A stretch of 64,000 nt of DNA, taken from NCBI GenBank assembly GCA_010015585.1, contig ML975158.1. The stretch is one strand, 5' to 3'. The translations under genes were made by a program, and so were the position numbers. The stretch is from Eremomyces bilateralis CBS 781.70 (Eukaryota). Positions 46,244 through 58,114 of this stretch are shown here, in pieces (position 1 is the stretch's first letter; each line of letters begins with the position of its first letter). The notes beneath the pieces were generated by a model. That model made no database searches. It was not told the origin of the DNA and worked only from the letters and a program-made list of their open reading frames with translations.

Positions 46244-46750
46244 ATGGGCTGGCCATGGACATCCTCAGATAAACCCTCCTCACCCTCATCATCATCCTCC
46301 TCACCTCCCCAACCGTCCACAATCGCGCCCTCGACCGAATCACCACCTCCCTCGACACCCCCCCAAACCACCACCTCCACCTCCACCACCACCCCATCAT
46401 CGTCAACGACCACCCCCCCATCCCCCCTCCGCACCGCTACCCTCCCCACCACCCTCTCCTGCCGCGCCTCCTTCGACTCCGCCTTCTACTGCCAATCCCT
46501 GGGCGGCAAATTCAACGACATCTACCGCCACGGCGCCCTCCGCTCGTGTAGCGACCACTGGGCCGAGTTCTGGTTCTGCATGCGCATCAAGAGCAAGGAT
46601 GAGAACTATAAAAAAGAGGCGGTGAGGGATTACTTTGAGAGCAGGGAGCGGGAGAGGTATGGGGCGGGAAAGAGGAGTAGTGAGGAGGTGTGGGAGGGGA
46701 GGAGGGAGAGAGTGGGGAGGGCGTGGGATTGGGATCCGGAGGGGGTGTGA
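46244..46750 (+). CDS. EMI1: Emi1-like twin-Cys protein (early meiotic induction protein 1/DUF3128), 168 aa; probable 5'-UTR intron 46186-46235
   Basis: MGWPW start; LSCRASFDSAFYCQSLGGKFNDIYRHG.LRSCSDHW.EFWFCMR; SSEEVW. GTCAGT..GCTAAT..TAG lies just upstream of the ATG. Confidence 0.8.
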   Translation: MGWPWTSSDKPSSPSSSSSSPPQPSTIAPSTESPPPSTPPQTTTSTSTTTPSSSTTTPPSPLRTATLPTTLSCRASFDSAFYCQSLGGKFNDIYRHGALRSCSDHWAEFWFCMRIKSKDENYKKEAVRDYFESRERERYGAGKRSSEEVWEGRRERVGRAWDWDPEGV

Positions 46751-47247
46751 GGGGAGCGGAGTTGGGATAGGGGATATGTATTATAGTTTGAGACAGGTGG
46801 TTGTACGATATGGGAAGGAGAAAACCATCACAATCTCTGCTGGGGTTTGGATCGGATGGACGGAGCGGATCTTGGAATCCATCACGGATCTACCAATCAG
46901 TTTTCATCAAGGCAAGAGTTGTTTGAAATTTGATTCATTGTTTTGAAATCTACCCGAATGGTCATCCCCGAATCATGAAGAGCCATCGCCATTTTTTCAT
47001 CCACCACCTCCACGTTACCAATTCATGATCGATCATCCTTCGTCCCCATGTATTCACCACCATCCATCAAATGAAACTCGTGATTCCCATGTCAATGTCT
47101 AAGCGACCATGCCGCAGCAGTAACGAAAAAGTGAAAAACTCCGAGATTCCTAGGACCCGTTGTCAAAGTCCGTGAATCCACCCGAGCGGGAAAAAGGGAG
47201 GGGTATGCGTGCGAGAAAGCAGGGTTGGGTTGGGGGAGAGGAGGCGT

Positions 47248-48316
47248 CTAATCGACCTCCTCGACGGTCGGGCCGTCATCGCCACCCGCGCCCGGAGCCG
47301 GGCCGCCCGCACCAGGGAAGCCGCCGGGACCGCCGGGCATGCCGCCCATGCCGGGCATGCCCTCAGCGCCGCCGGCGCCCTGGTAGAACTTCATCATGAT
47401 GGGGTTGGCGATGCCCTCGAGCTCCTTCTGCTTGTCCTCGTACTCCTCTTTGGTGGCGGTCTGGTTGTCGTCCAACCAGGCGACGACGGAGTCGACCTCG
47501 GACTTGAGCTTCTCCTTGTCGGCGGCGTCCAGCTTCTCGTCGACCTTGGGGTCCGAGACAGTGTTGCGGAGGTTGTAGGCGTACGACTCGAGGCCGTTCT
47601 TGGCGCCGATGCGGGCGGCTTCGGCCTCGTCCTCGGCCTTATACTTCTCGGCCTCGGACAGCATGCGCTCGATCTCCTCCTTAGACAGGCGGCCCTTGTC
47701 GTTGGTGATGACGATCTTGTTGGTCTTGCCGGTACCCTTCTCGAGCGCGGAGACGTTCATGATGCCATTGGCGTCGACGTCGAAGGTGACCTCGATCTGG
47801 GGGACTCCACGCGGCGCCGGGGGGATGCCGGTGAGCTCGAACTTACCGAGGAGGTTGTTGTCCTTGGTGCGCGCACGCTCACCCTCGTAGACCTGGATGA
47901 GGACACCGGGCTGGTTGTCAGAGAAGGTGGAAAACACCTCGGACTTCTTGGTAGGGATGGTGGTGTTGCGCTTGATGAGCGGGGTCATGACACCACCAGC
48001 GGTCTCGATACCGACAGAGAGCGGTGCGACGTCGAGCAGGAGGATCTCGTTGGTGGACTTGGATGATTGGTCGCCGGAGAGAATGGCGGCCTGGACAGCG
48101 GCACCATAGGCAACGGCTTCATCGGGATTGATGGACTTGTTGGGCTCCTTGCCGTTGAAGAAGTCGGAGACGAGTTTCTGGATGCGGGGGATACGGGTGG
48201 ATCCACCGACGAGGACGATCTCGTGGACGGTGGACTTGTCGATCTTAGCGTCGCGGAGGACACGCTCGACGGGCTCCATGGTGGAGCGGAAGAGGTCCTG
48301 GCACAGCTCCTCGAAG

Positions 48317-48348
<32 letters not shown>

Positions 48349-49282
48349 GCCTTCGTAGAGCGAGTCGATCTCGATGGAGGTCTGGGCGGAGGATGAGAGA
48401 GTGCGCTTCGCACGCTCGCATGCGGTGCGGAGACGTCGTAGGGCACGGGCATTGGAGGTCAGATCTGAAGTAGGTGAGTTAGCAACTGGTTTTGACGATG
48501 ATAAAGGTGGAATGAGATATGATGAACTAACCCTTCTTGTGCTTGCGTTTGAACTCATTTACGAAGTGGTTGACCAGACGGTTGTCGAAGTCCTCACCAC
48601 CCAAGTGAGTATCACCGGCGGTCGACTTGACTTCGAAGATACCCTCCTCGATGGTCAGGAGCGAGACATCGAAGGTACCACCACCCAAATCGAAGATGAG
48701 GACGTTGCGCTCACCGACGGTCTTCTTGTCCAGACCATAGGCGATGGCGGCGGCAGTGGGCTCGTTGATGATACGGAGGACGTTGAGACCGGCAATGAGA
48801 CCAGCGTCCTTGGTTGCTTGACGCTGCGAGTCATTGAAGTAGGCCGGGACGGTGACAACGGCATCGTTGACGGTGCCACCGAGGTAGGATTCGGCAGTTT
48901 CCCTCATCTTGGTGAGGATCATGGCGGAGATCTCCTCGGGAGTGAAGGTCTTGTCCTCGCCCTTGAACTCCACGGAGATGACGGGCTTGGAGGCCTTGTC
49001 GATGATCTTGAAGGGGAAATGCTTCATGTCGGCCTGGACCTCCGCGTCCGCGAACTTGCGGCCGATGAGTCGCTTCGCATCGAAGACGGTGTTGGTGGGA
49101 TTCATGGCAACCTGGTTCTTCGCGGCATCACCGATGAGACGCTCGGTGTCGGTGAAAGCCACGAAGGACGGGGTGGTGCGGTTTCCCTGGTCATTGGCGA
49201 TGATCTCAATGCGGTCATCTCGGAAGATACCAACGCATGAGTAGGTGGTACCCAGATCGATACCGATGGCGGGGCCCGGCAT
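47248..49282 (-). CDS. HSP70: Cytosolic Hsp70 (Ssa-type); exons 49282-48532, 48464-47248 (655 aa)
   Basis: [43 protein letters not shown] repeats and C-terminal GPTVEEVD. Confidence 0.98.
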
Positions 49283-49563
49283 TGTGGTGGGATATGAGGA
49301 TGAGAAAAGTGTGGAGGGGCTAAAGTGACGTAGCAGGGATAATCAGATCTAGAGAACCTGATGCGAGGGAGCCAGAAGGAGCTCAACAAGACAACAGATG
49401 ACGGGAGTGGTAGAGAGTGTAGGTGTAGGAGTAAGTGTTTGTATTTTGATGGAAGTGTGGGAGAAGTGTGTGTGAGAGGTTGATGACTGGGAATTTTGTG
49501 TTTAAGTAGGAAGTCGTGGGTTGGGGCAGGAAAAGGCTAGAGGCAGCACTGAGATTCACTGTG

Positions 49564-49588
49564 TTTCGCCTGGCTTCCACGCGCTTCC
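49564..49588. promoter_or_regulatory. Step-type heat-shock element upstream of HSP70
   Basis: TTC at 49565, 49575 and 49585 (TTC-N7-TTC-N7-TTC), about 290 bp upstream of the ATG. An additional GAAttTTC lies at 50204-50211. Confidence 0.6.
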
Positions 49589-50812
49589 ATGCAACTCCAG
49601 CTTGCCGTGACAACGAGCGCCAACGAACGAGTGAGAACACGCCAGAATGGTGAATCCCAGCAATCCATATGCACTTGGCCCACAATGTCGGATAATTTTG
49701 ATGGAGATTTTTGACGGATAATTTTGACCTCATTGATGATGACAGGACTTTGGGGATGAACGGTGGTCAATTGGACACAAGAGCAGTGCATGTCGCATAT
49801 CACGAAGGCATGATTATCGGAGATACCAGCTTGAGGATCAATCTAATACTGATGGCATCGAAAAAAGATGCAAAGGCTGCTATATTCTGAACATCTACTC
49901 CGTATGTCAGGAGGATGAGGTGCATCACAACTTTCCAGAGCCCAAGGCTCTGAAGTCGGAACATCGTCATCCTTTGACTGCTGGAATCTCTCTGAATCCA
50001 TCAGGGTCCATGGCTCCATTGATTCTGCCCCTCCATTCGCCACGGCTGTCGATCACAACCGGATGTTGCCTATTCACAGTGAGAGTCCATGTCGCAACAA
50101 GAGCAATCGGCCTTCATCATCACGGCCATTTTGGTGCTTGTTGGTCTAGATCCTTCAATCCCCTAACAGATATAAGCTGAAGGATAGTGACAAGCACATT
50201 GTAGAATTTTCTAGCCGTCTGTCTAGCATCTTCATTTCGATAGACGAGTGGGTGGTTACAGTTGGTGAGGGACTGTGGCTGAGTCGATGTTTATGTCTAA
50301 GGCATAAATTTATGCCTTAAAACACAGATGGAGGGATCCTTCAACTATTTCTGCACGTGACTAGAGGTTGTAGCCAACTTTAAGCCTCAGGCATTCAGGC
50401 TTAAAGCACGTGATAACGTGTGAGCTCTGGGCCCATAAAACGCGTCTCTTCAACGTCACACATCGTTCCGAGTGCGCCATGACATAGACATGATTGGGGG
50501 TCGCGACATCATTTTTATGTGTACAGCAGGTATCCCGTTGCACCTTAATTTAGACCCTTACAACCAATATATTATATCTCCTTCAGTGATTTAGCTACTC
50601 ATAATTCATCATTTGCAAGAGTTGTTCGTTCAGAACCTGCTTCCTGCATGAATAGATTGGTAAACCCTCGTCCCATCCGAGTCAGCCGGCACACTCCGTT
50701 TTATACCTCTACTTGATATCCGCTCGATCTTTCCCACAACTAGGATCCCTCTTTATTCTTTGCGTACCCTCTTTAATATCATCAGCTAGATACATAACCT
50801 TATCCAACCGGA

Positions 50813-51822
50813 ATGGCGGATACTAGCACACTGGCTGTAAGTTTTTATGAACTTCGACCCATCTATATGCCCCTGACGTGTCGACAGCTGCTCTCGCGAA
50901 AGGATCGAGAGGCTGTGCAACAAATAAACGCCGACAACGCTGCGGCCCCCAAGGCCGGTGCAAAAGGCTTGAAATCCACCCTCGGCAAGCGCAAATCCGA
51001 CGCGACCACTGACGCCGAGTCCGACGACGAGAGCGACTGGGACCTCTTCGCAGCTATCGAAGACATCCCCATCACCAAGACCCCCGCCCAAGTGCGCACC
51101 CAGATCCGCCGACTCATTGACAGCGGCGAGCTCAAGATCGGCGAGTTCTGCAAGAAGATCGGCGTCAGTAACAGGTCATACAATGACTTCATACGGCAGA
51201 CCCGCGGCGGCGACAACAGCAACACCTACATCCACGGCCTCGCCTACCTGCAGTACCGCGCGCGCAAGGGCAAGAAAATCACCACCAAGCGCCCCAAAAA
51301 GGACGTCGATGCGTCAGGAAAGCCCGTCGCGGTCGACTGGGACGTCAGCGCCATCCACCTCGACGGCGAAGACGCCAACGCCGTCGAGGTCTACGACACC
51401 TGCGACGAGGTGCGCCGCAAGGTCGACGCCCAGCTGCGCAAGCCGGGCGTCACCCAGGCCGCGCTGATGCGCGCTATCAAAGCACAGTTCCACCCCCCCA
51501 AATCCCTCTCCTCGAGCAGCCTGCAGAATTTCCGCAACAAGCGCGGCGCCAACGCCGGGGCTACGTCGGACGTGTTCTATGGCGCGTATGTCTTCTTTGA
51601 GAAGATGAGGTTGAAGGAGGGGAAGCCGAAGTCGGCTCATCGGCAGCGCATGGAGCAGGAGTGGCCTAGAGGGTTCGACCTGAAGCACGGGAGCAATACG
51701 TATGTGACGATGGTGAAACAAGGATCTCGCTATTTACTGATTTGATTAGCTCATATATATGTTTGGGGGACGAGCGGCCGCAGATCGACCAGTATGGCAA
51801 ACTCTCCATTGTGGGGAGGTAA
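50813..51822 (+). CDS. Conserved fungal hypothetical with two tandem helical (HTH-like) repeats (resembles DUF7726, from recollection); exons 50813-50836, 50888-51699, 51750-51822 (302 aa)
   Basis: Repeat 1 TPAQVRTQIRRLI..GEFCKKIGVS..SYNDF..NSNTY; repeat 2 TCDEVRRKVDAQL..TQAALMRAI..SSLQNF..GATSDVFYGAYVFFEK. Canonical introns. Confidence 0.8.
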
Positions 51823-52237
51823 ATCCGGCAGTAAAGCGTATGTGGTTCCCCTGGGCCGTGAAGGGTTCTTCTAATTAATTGGATTCGATTTCGGCTATAT
51901 GTATTTTTAATCGGCATTTTAGACCCAATATCAGGATCGGTTCGAACTGCTTTCACGATATCGGAGTACAGCAGCCTTATAATTACAATACTACTTAACT
52001 GAAGGGGGAATAAAAGCAATTTCAGTCGTGGAACTTGAACTAAAAGCTCCAGAATTACTGTTACCAAGTGTTTACACAACTACTTCGGACACATGACGCA
52101 AGCCCTCATAATAGTAAGGCCAGTAGGGGCCCCCAAACACCCGAACACCGCCGCTCACTCTCCATGAAACCAATTCCCAGACAAAAACAAACCCCTCAAA
52201 CCCATTTACCTGCATATCAAAAGCCACATCCCCACGC

Positions 52238-54687
52238 CTACATATCCTTCTTCCCCTCCACCCCCGGGGTCTCCCTCCCACTCGTACTTCCACTCTCCCA
52301 CCCACCCTCACTCCTCCTCCTCTGCCCCCGCTCCTTCATCGCCCCCCGAATCTTCTTCGACACCTCGTCGAACGACCCCTTCGAATCCAGCGTACTGAAT
52401 GCCTGCACCGGGAACCCCCCACTCGAGCTCGCCCGACTGCGGCTCTTACTCGGCGTCGCGGGTCGCGTCGCGAATAGCCCGATGCCCGCCAGGTTGTTGA
52501 ACGACTCGTTCGGCGGCAGGTTCCCCGCCATCGATGACCCCCCGCCGATGCTCGCCGGCGGCTGCCCCCCGCTCCCGGGCGATGTCGGCGGCGAGTCGAC
52601 GTTGAACACGTCCCGGCTGTCGACGCGGCCGTGACTGCGCGACGGGTTCGACGACGTGGTCGGGTCGCCTGGGCGGAACGGGTCGGCGACGATGCGCGCG
52701 GCGTCGAAGTCCGGGAAGAGTTCTGGGCCGAGGGTGTTGATGAGATCGGTGACCTGGTGGGCGAGGGCGGCCCGGCGGGCGCGCAGCTTGACGAGGACGT
52801 TGCCAGCGGTGGGGTTGAGGGCAAGGAGGAGGGGGCGGAGGGATTTGAAGACGTCCATGCCGACTTCGCCGAAGCGGAGCGCCGCGTAAGTGATGGCCGG
52901 GAAGAAGATGTAGCCGAAGAGAAAGGTCATCCAAAGGGGGACCCAGTCGGGGACGCGACCGCCGATTCGGGTGCGGTAGGTCCAGATGGCGAGGAGGATG
53001 GTGTAGAAGTTGTAGAGAAGGGGTGCGAAGGCTAAGGAGACGAGCAGCTTCCAGGTCGCTATGACGTCGCGTGCTTGGATTTTGACCGTCGAAGCGGCTA
53101 AGGCCTCTTTGGACTTCTTGATGGAAATGAGCTTGCCGGCAATGAAAACAGGTGCGAACAAGAACAGCCCTGGTAGCACGCCCAGAGAAAGCAACAAGAG
53201 CTTCCCCACACGGTATACCAGGGTGAAGAACACTTTAGGAAACGACAGCTTCGCATATTCCACTTGATGGTCCCGGATGTTGAGTGACATCAGCTGCTGG
53301 TTGTAATCCAACACGGATTTCTTCAAGTTGATAATGCGAGGATCATCCTTGTACATCGTGTAGCCCTTGACTAGGCGACGGTTGAGCTCGACCACCATCG
53401 GAAGTGGGAAGTTCTTATGCTTCGTGTTATATAGCCGTCGGGCAGCTTGGATCAACTGATCGATGTTAGATTGGGAAATCATGCAGTCGGAGTACGTACC
53501 ATCAAAGTGTCATAGTCAGGACTAGTAACCGTGACAGCAACCAGCGCATCGTAAATATTCGCCAAGAGCTTTCCAACCGCTTCTCGTCGCTCGCCTGTCT
53601 TATACAACTCCACTAGCTCTGGCGGCACTTCGACCGGAGTGCCAAACTCCACCACTGCTCTGGAGCGGAACTTGTGTGCATGGAAGTAGTTCATACCGCA
53701 CGGGATGATTTTGAGATCACAGTTCGGATCTGCTGCTAGTGCACCAAGGGCCATTATGGCCACACCAGCTGTGAACGTGTTAGTCAAGTAAATCGATTCG
53801 GCATGCATGAACCTACCTTTTAACGGCAACAGTTCCGTGCGATCGTGACTACCACCCTCAGGGAAGATACCAACGCATCCGCCACTATGTAACCTCTTGA
53901 AGACCGCATCGTAAACTTCCGTCTGGTCGACCTTCGGCGCGACTTTAAATTCGATCCCCTTGAACTCTCCTTGGTCAGACCTGCTTGGCGCTCCGTTCGC
54001 CCCGTCTTCCTTGGACATCTTTCCCGTCAGCTGTCGCAGAGCCACATCTCCCTTAAATGGCTTCTTCACCCGAATCTCCTCGGGTCCCTTGATCTCTAGA
54101 ATCTCTGCATTTGCCGTAATATTGTCCACTGCAGGCAAGACTAGGAGCCCACCGACCCGAAACTCGGAGCTCTCGAAGTTGGTATCGACGCCTCGGACGA
54201 GAGTGGGGTCGTTCTCCGGGTCTGGTAAGTAGATTCGCCCTTTCGTCAGCCTGACGCTGTCCAGAGCCCGTCCGACTGGTACCGCGCCAACACTCCTCGA
54301 CATGAACCCCACGAACTTTCTGCGGATGGACTTTTCGGCGATGAGGAAGGAGATGCGGCGGTGGGCTTCCCGGCGGATGACGCGCATGAGGATGAGGGGA
54401 TCGACGAACTAGAGGAATGTCAGGCAACCATTAGAACACGGTTCACCGTTCACGATGCGAACCAGAATCGGGAAACGTACCTGATTCGCGTGCGGAGCAG
54501 CGACGAAGATCACCGGCCCTTTGCGCGGAATTTTCCAGGAGCTGCGCGGATGCACTTCGCGGAAGAAGAGGTCGAAGAGGATGGAGAAGGCCCAGACGAC
54601 GACATCGTAGACGAAGGTATTCATGGTCGACCGCGTCTCGGGCTTCTTATTCTTGTAGTTTGAATCGTGGTGTGAATCGTGCGGCAT
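52238..54687 (-). CDS. SCT1: Glycerol-3-phosphate/DHAP acyltransferase (Sct1/Gpt2 family); exons 54687-54481, 54408-53817, 53768-53500, 53455-52238 (761 aa)
   Basis: Acyltransferase motifs APHANQFVDP (HX4D), GIFPEGGSHDRTELLPLKAG and IIPCGMNYFHAHKFRSRAVVEFG, plus several TM helices. Confidence 0.92.
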
Positions 54688-55547
54688 AGTCGATTGGGAT
54701 GTAGACGGTATGGACTCGGAGGTTGATAGGGATGATGATTAACGAGGGACGAGGAACAGTATGGTATGATTCGGAATATATATGACCTCTTGTCCTCCTT
54801 CGGAAAATATCGTAAGGTATAGATAGAGAGCTGAAAATCCCGATATCGTGACCAACCAGCCTGGATTGTATCACGACACGAATTTGCGACAAGCCATACG
54901 CAAACAATGGCTTAGCAAGCTGTTGTCCCACCTCCAAGCAGAGACATCTACGCTCAATCAATAACGGCGTCGAAATCGTTCGTAGGATCAAGCTTGGCCG
55001 TGGAACGTGTGGAATGCAGGCGAGGCGGAGAAAAATAACCTGGCGATGCGCGAGAGGGTTGAAAAGTTGAATGGAGGGGATACCTGTCCTGTTGAGGAAT
55101 CAGGATTGCGTGTAGGGTGGGATGAGATGCATAATTTGATGCTCGGTTTTGGTGTAAGGGAGATCGGGAGAAAGCTGGGGTTAGTTAGCGGTTCGTTTCG
55201 TCAGTTAGTGGTGAACTGGTGAAGCAAGGTTGGGCCTGGTAGCTTTCGCTTACCATACATGATACAAGCCACAGCGATGGATATGCTCGGTCTGGGGTTT
55301 TCCATAGCTGGTGATTGGATCGATGCTCGATAATTATGGGCTTACGGAATACAGATGGTGGGATTTAGACTACTATCAGTGTGTAAGGGGGACGGTTGGA
55401 AATCTCGATACTGAAAGACCACCATTCTTGCATCGTGATCACTTCTGCTTCCGGTCGGTAACCAAGGTGTCATTCAACCCATTCAACTATAGGACGGCGT
55501 ATATAAAGGTGCTTCACATTCCAGGGATGCTTCTCCAGAGTTCCATC

Positions 55548-58114
55548 TTAGCTAGAATGCTTCGTCTTCATCGCTTCCGGTAAAGCCAATAGCGCAAAAC
55601 TTCCTCCCATCACCGGACGAGCTACGAACTGAAATCCGGGATACCTGGTGTGCCGGATTAGCTTCTGTTCCACTCCCTCAGATGATGTCGCTAGCAGCTG
55701 GCAGACTTACCCTCCGGTATCTGATTCATACAGATCAGTCAACGCCCGATCGGTCGTGGTGACGTTGACCCACCTGGCCAGCGTGCTCAGGATCAAGTCG
55801 CGTGTCTCTACCGACGCTATGGAGGCCACAAATATTTCCCAATCCGCTACAGAGGAAAGTCAGCATACAGCAAGAGCGAACGCGTTGGTCGGATGAGTAT
55901 GGATACCTTTAGTCCAGAGGTGGCGGGTATCCAACGGCACACCGAACTCGTTCAGGACGGTAGGATAGAACAATGACTGCATGTCATAGACGGACTGCGG
56001 TACAAGATTGAGTCCCAATACACGATCCGCATACAAATTATAGAGGAGATCTGCGATGCCAAGGTTAGCTGGATCGAGGGGGTTGGCTCCTGGAACTGAC
56101 TGAATGACTCATTCTTGCCGTAATTCAGCGTCGTATGCGGTGGATTGGCGTCATGCGCAATGCCATAGGTCTGCCACTTGGAAATGTACTCGTGCGCAAT
56201 GCTGGTGTAGTTCTGCGCCTCGTCGTGAGCTCCTGTCAAGTCGGCGATTTGAGACATTGCCTCAATTCCAATAATGCCCTTCAGCGCGAGATTGGTTTGA
56301 TTTCTGTGCACTTTGTTAGCTCGATGCAGCCCTGTTGGGTTGCCAGATATAGCGTACGCGAGTAACCCAGCAAAGTCGTCAGTCGAAAGCTGGTTCTCAG
56401 GAATCAGTGCCTCATCCACAAGGAACTCCGCCCATTGCTTGAGAATCTTGTAATGTTGTTTCAGGTAATCGGTGTCCTTGCTGCGTTGGGCGTATGAGAG
56501 GGCCATGATGATCATATTGCCACATTCTTCCAGAGGCATTTCTTGAGCGACTCCGTCAGGATGTCCCGTCGCATTCGGATAATGCGCGCCGAGATCATGG
56601 ATTGAAAATGCTTTAGGGTACTTCCCGGCTTCTTGGTTCTCGAAGTGAGGATCCAAGAGCAGTTTGAGAAGAGAAGGGTTAAAGTATAGGAATAGGGGAT
56701 ATGCAGGGAAGATTACGTCGACGGTTTCTGCGACACTATCAGTGGAGGGGTTGAACATTGGAGCGGATGACATACGCATGTTTCCATTGGACGAGATTTC
56801 CTTTAGGAAGAGATAATATTTATCCGCTGAACCCGCAAGTTGGGTGGCTCCAAATGTTTGGCGGACTGTGAGCGAGGTAATCGTCAGGTAATCTTGTCCG
56901 GCCGCCTTGCGCGACTCCTTCGCGACCTTCTGATCTAGGGCATCCGACATGGTCACCGCAGTGGAATAGTCATGATGGAAGAAGTCAAGCTTTGAAAACA
57001 TTAGCATCGTTCCTTTTCAATATACAACAGAATACTCACAGCAGCTATCCCATCTGGGAAATAGGCCTGCCACAAAGCAGGGAGCGGTTCATACGGACCT
57101 GCGCCTTCGAACTGGACTACAAAGTCTTGTGCAAGACCAATCGAAAAGAGGGTAGAAACCTCCGAGCGTGCACAGTTTCCAAAATCTTTGGAAAAAGCAA
57201 AGACGGGCCAGTCATCGTTGATCGGCCTGTACTGGTAATCTTCCGTGTTGCTCAGGACTCCCATCAGAGCGAAGGTGGACCGAACTCCAGCATCAGATCC
57301 GGTCTGATAAGTCACCCCGGGTGTATTGTCCGTTGCGTAGAACCATGTGCCCCATTCGGCCTGGTCGCGGTTCTCAGTGAATGCCAGTTCTTCCTGTCGA
57401 GAGAAGCTGTGATACGTGACATTTCCGGTATCGCCACGGTTCCACTGAACAACAGCACCTTGGTTTCCAGATGCCCATTCTGAGATATTATTAGTGGATA
57501 GAGGCTTCCGAATGACGGTCAGCTACTAACCGGCAGACACATCTGTATACAACTGGACTTGATGGTGAGCGTCGTCCAACGACGTCACGCGGACTTCAAG
57601 ATAGGAGAAGACGAGGCTCTGTCTCTGGGGATCATCGGGATACACCGGTGAAAGAAATTCAACCTTCATCTCCACTTTGTCGGCGACATTGAAGGTGAAG
57701 ATGCTTCGCGTGGACGTGTACTCAAATGCAGTCTGGGTTGCTAATGGGGGTCTTGGATTTGGGTTGCCCTAAAACGTATACTGGTCAGTAACAGTCTCCT
57801 TTCTAACGCCAGCAAGAGAATTTACCATCCATGTATAAGCCTTGCCATCGACTCGAATCATACCCGTCCACGCGGTTATTCTGCCCCTACAAGTTTGTTA
57901 ATAGAAGTAGCTTGAGTCCTATAGATCCGACGACAGACTCCCAGAATTGCGGCCACTGGCCCGGTAGGATTGCTCCATCGTTTCCTGCTTGAAGCCAAGT
58001 GTTCAGGTATGGCGATTTAACAGCGAGAGGAATAGCCGGCGGCCGTGCCGGCGAGAAGGTTGAGGCATTGGCGACGGCTAGCAAAGCCCCGACGAAGAAT
58101 GAAAGCAGCAGCAT
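55548..58114 (-). CDS. gtaA: Secreted glutaminase A (GtaA-type), multi-exon (about 10 introns; internal junctions not all resolved)
   Basis: Signal peptide followed by STFSPARPPAIPLAVKSPYLNTW; FLKEISSNGN; TVDVIFPAYP; HDLGAHYPNATGHPDG..MPLEECGNM; NQLSTDDFAG; final exon FVARPVMGGSFALLAL..stop at 55548. Confidence 0.9.

Noticed and set aside
47209..49240. Long plus-strand ORFs antisense to HSP70 (the classic 'NAD-specific glutamate dehydrogenase' antisense frame)
   Set aside because: A well-known by-product of HSP70 codon bias. Here it is broken by stops and crosses the HSP70 intron.
49736..49852. Box C/D snoRNA candidate (ATGATGA..CTGA); a similar pair lies on the minus strand at 19448-19562
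   Set aside because: No convincing terminal stem or recognisable rRNA guide. A snoscan/Infernal search would be needed.
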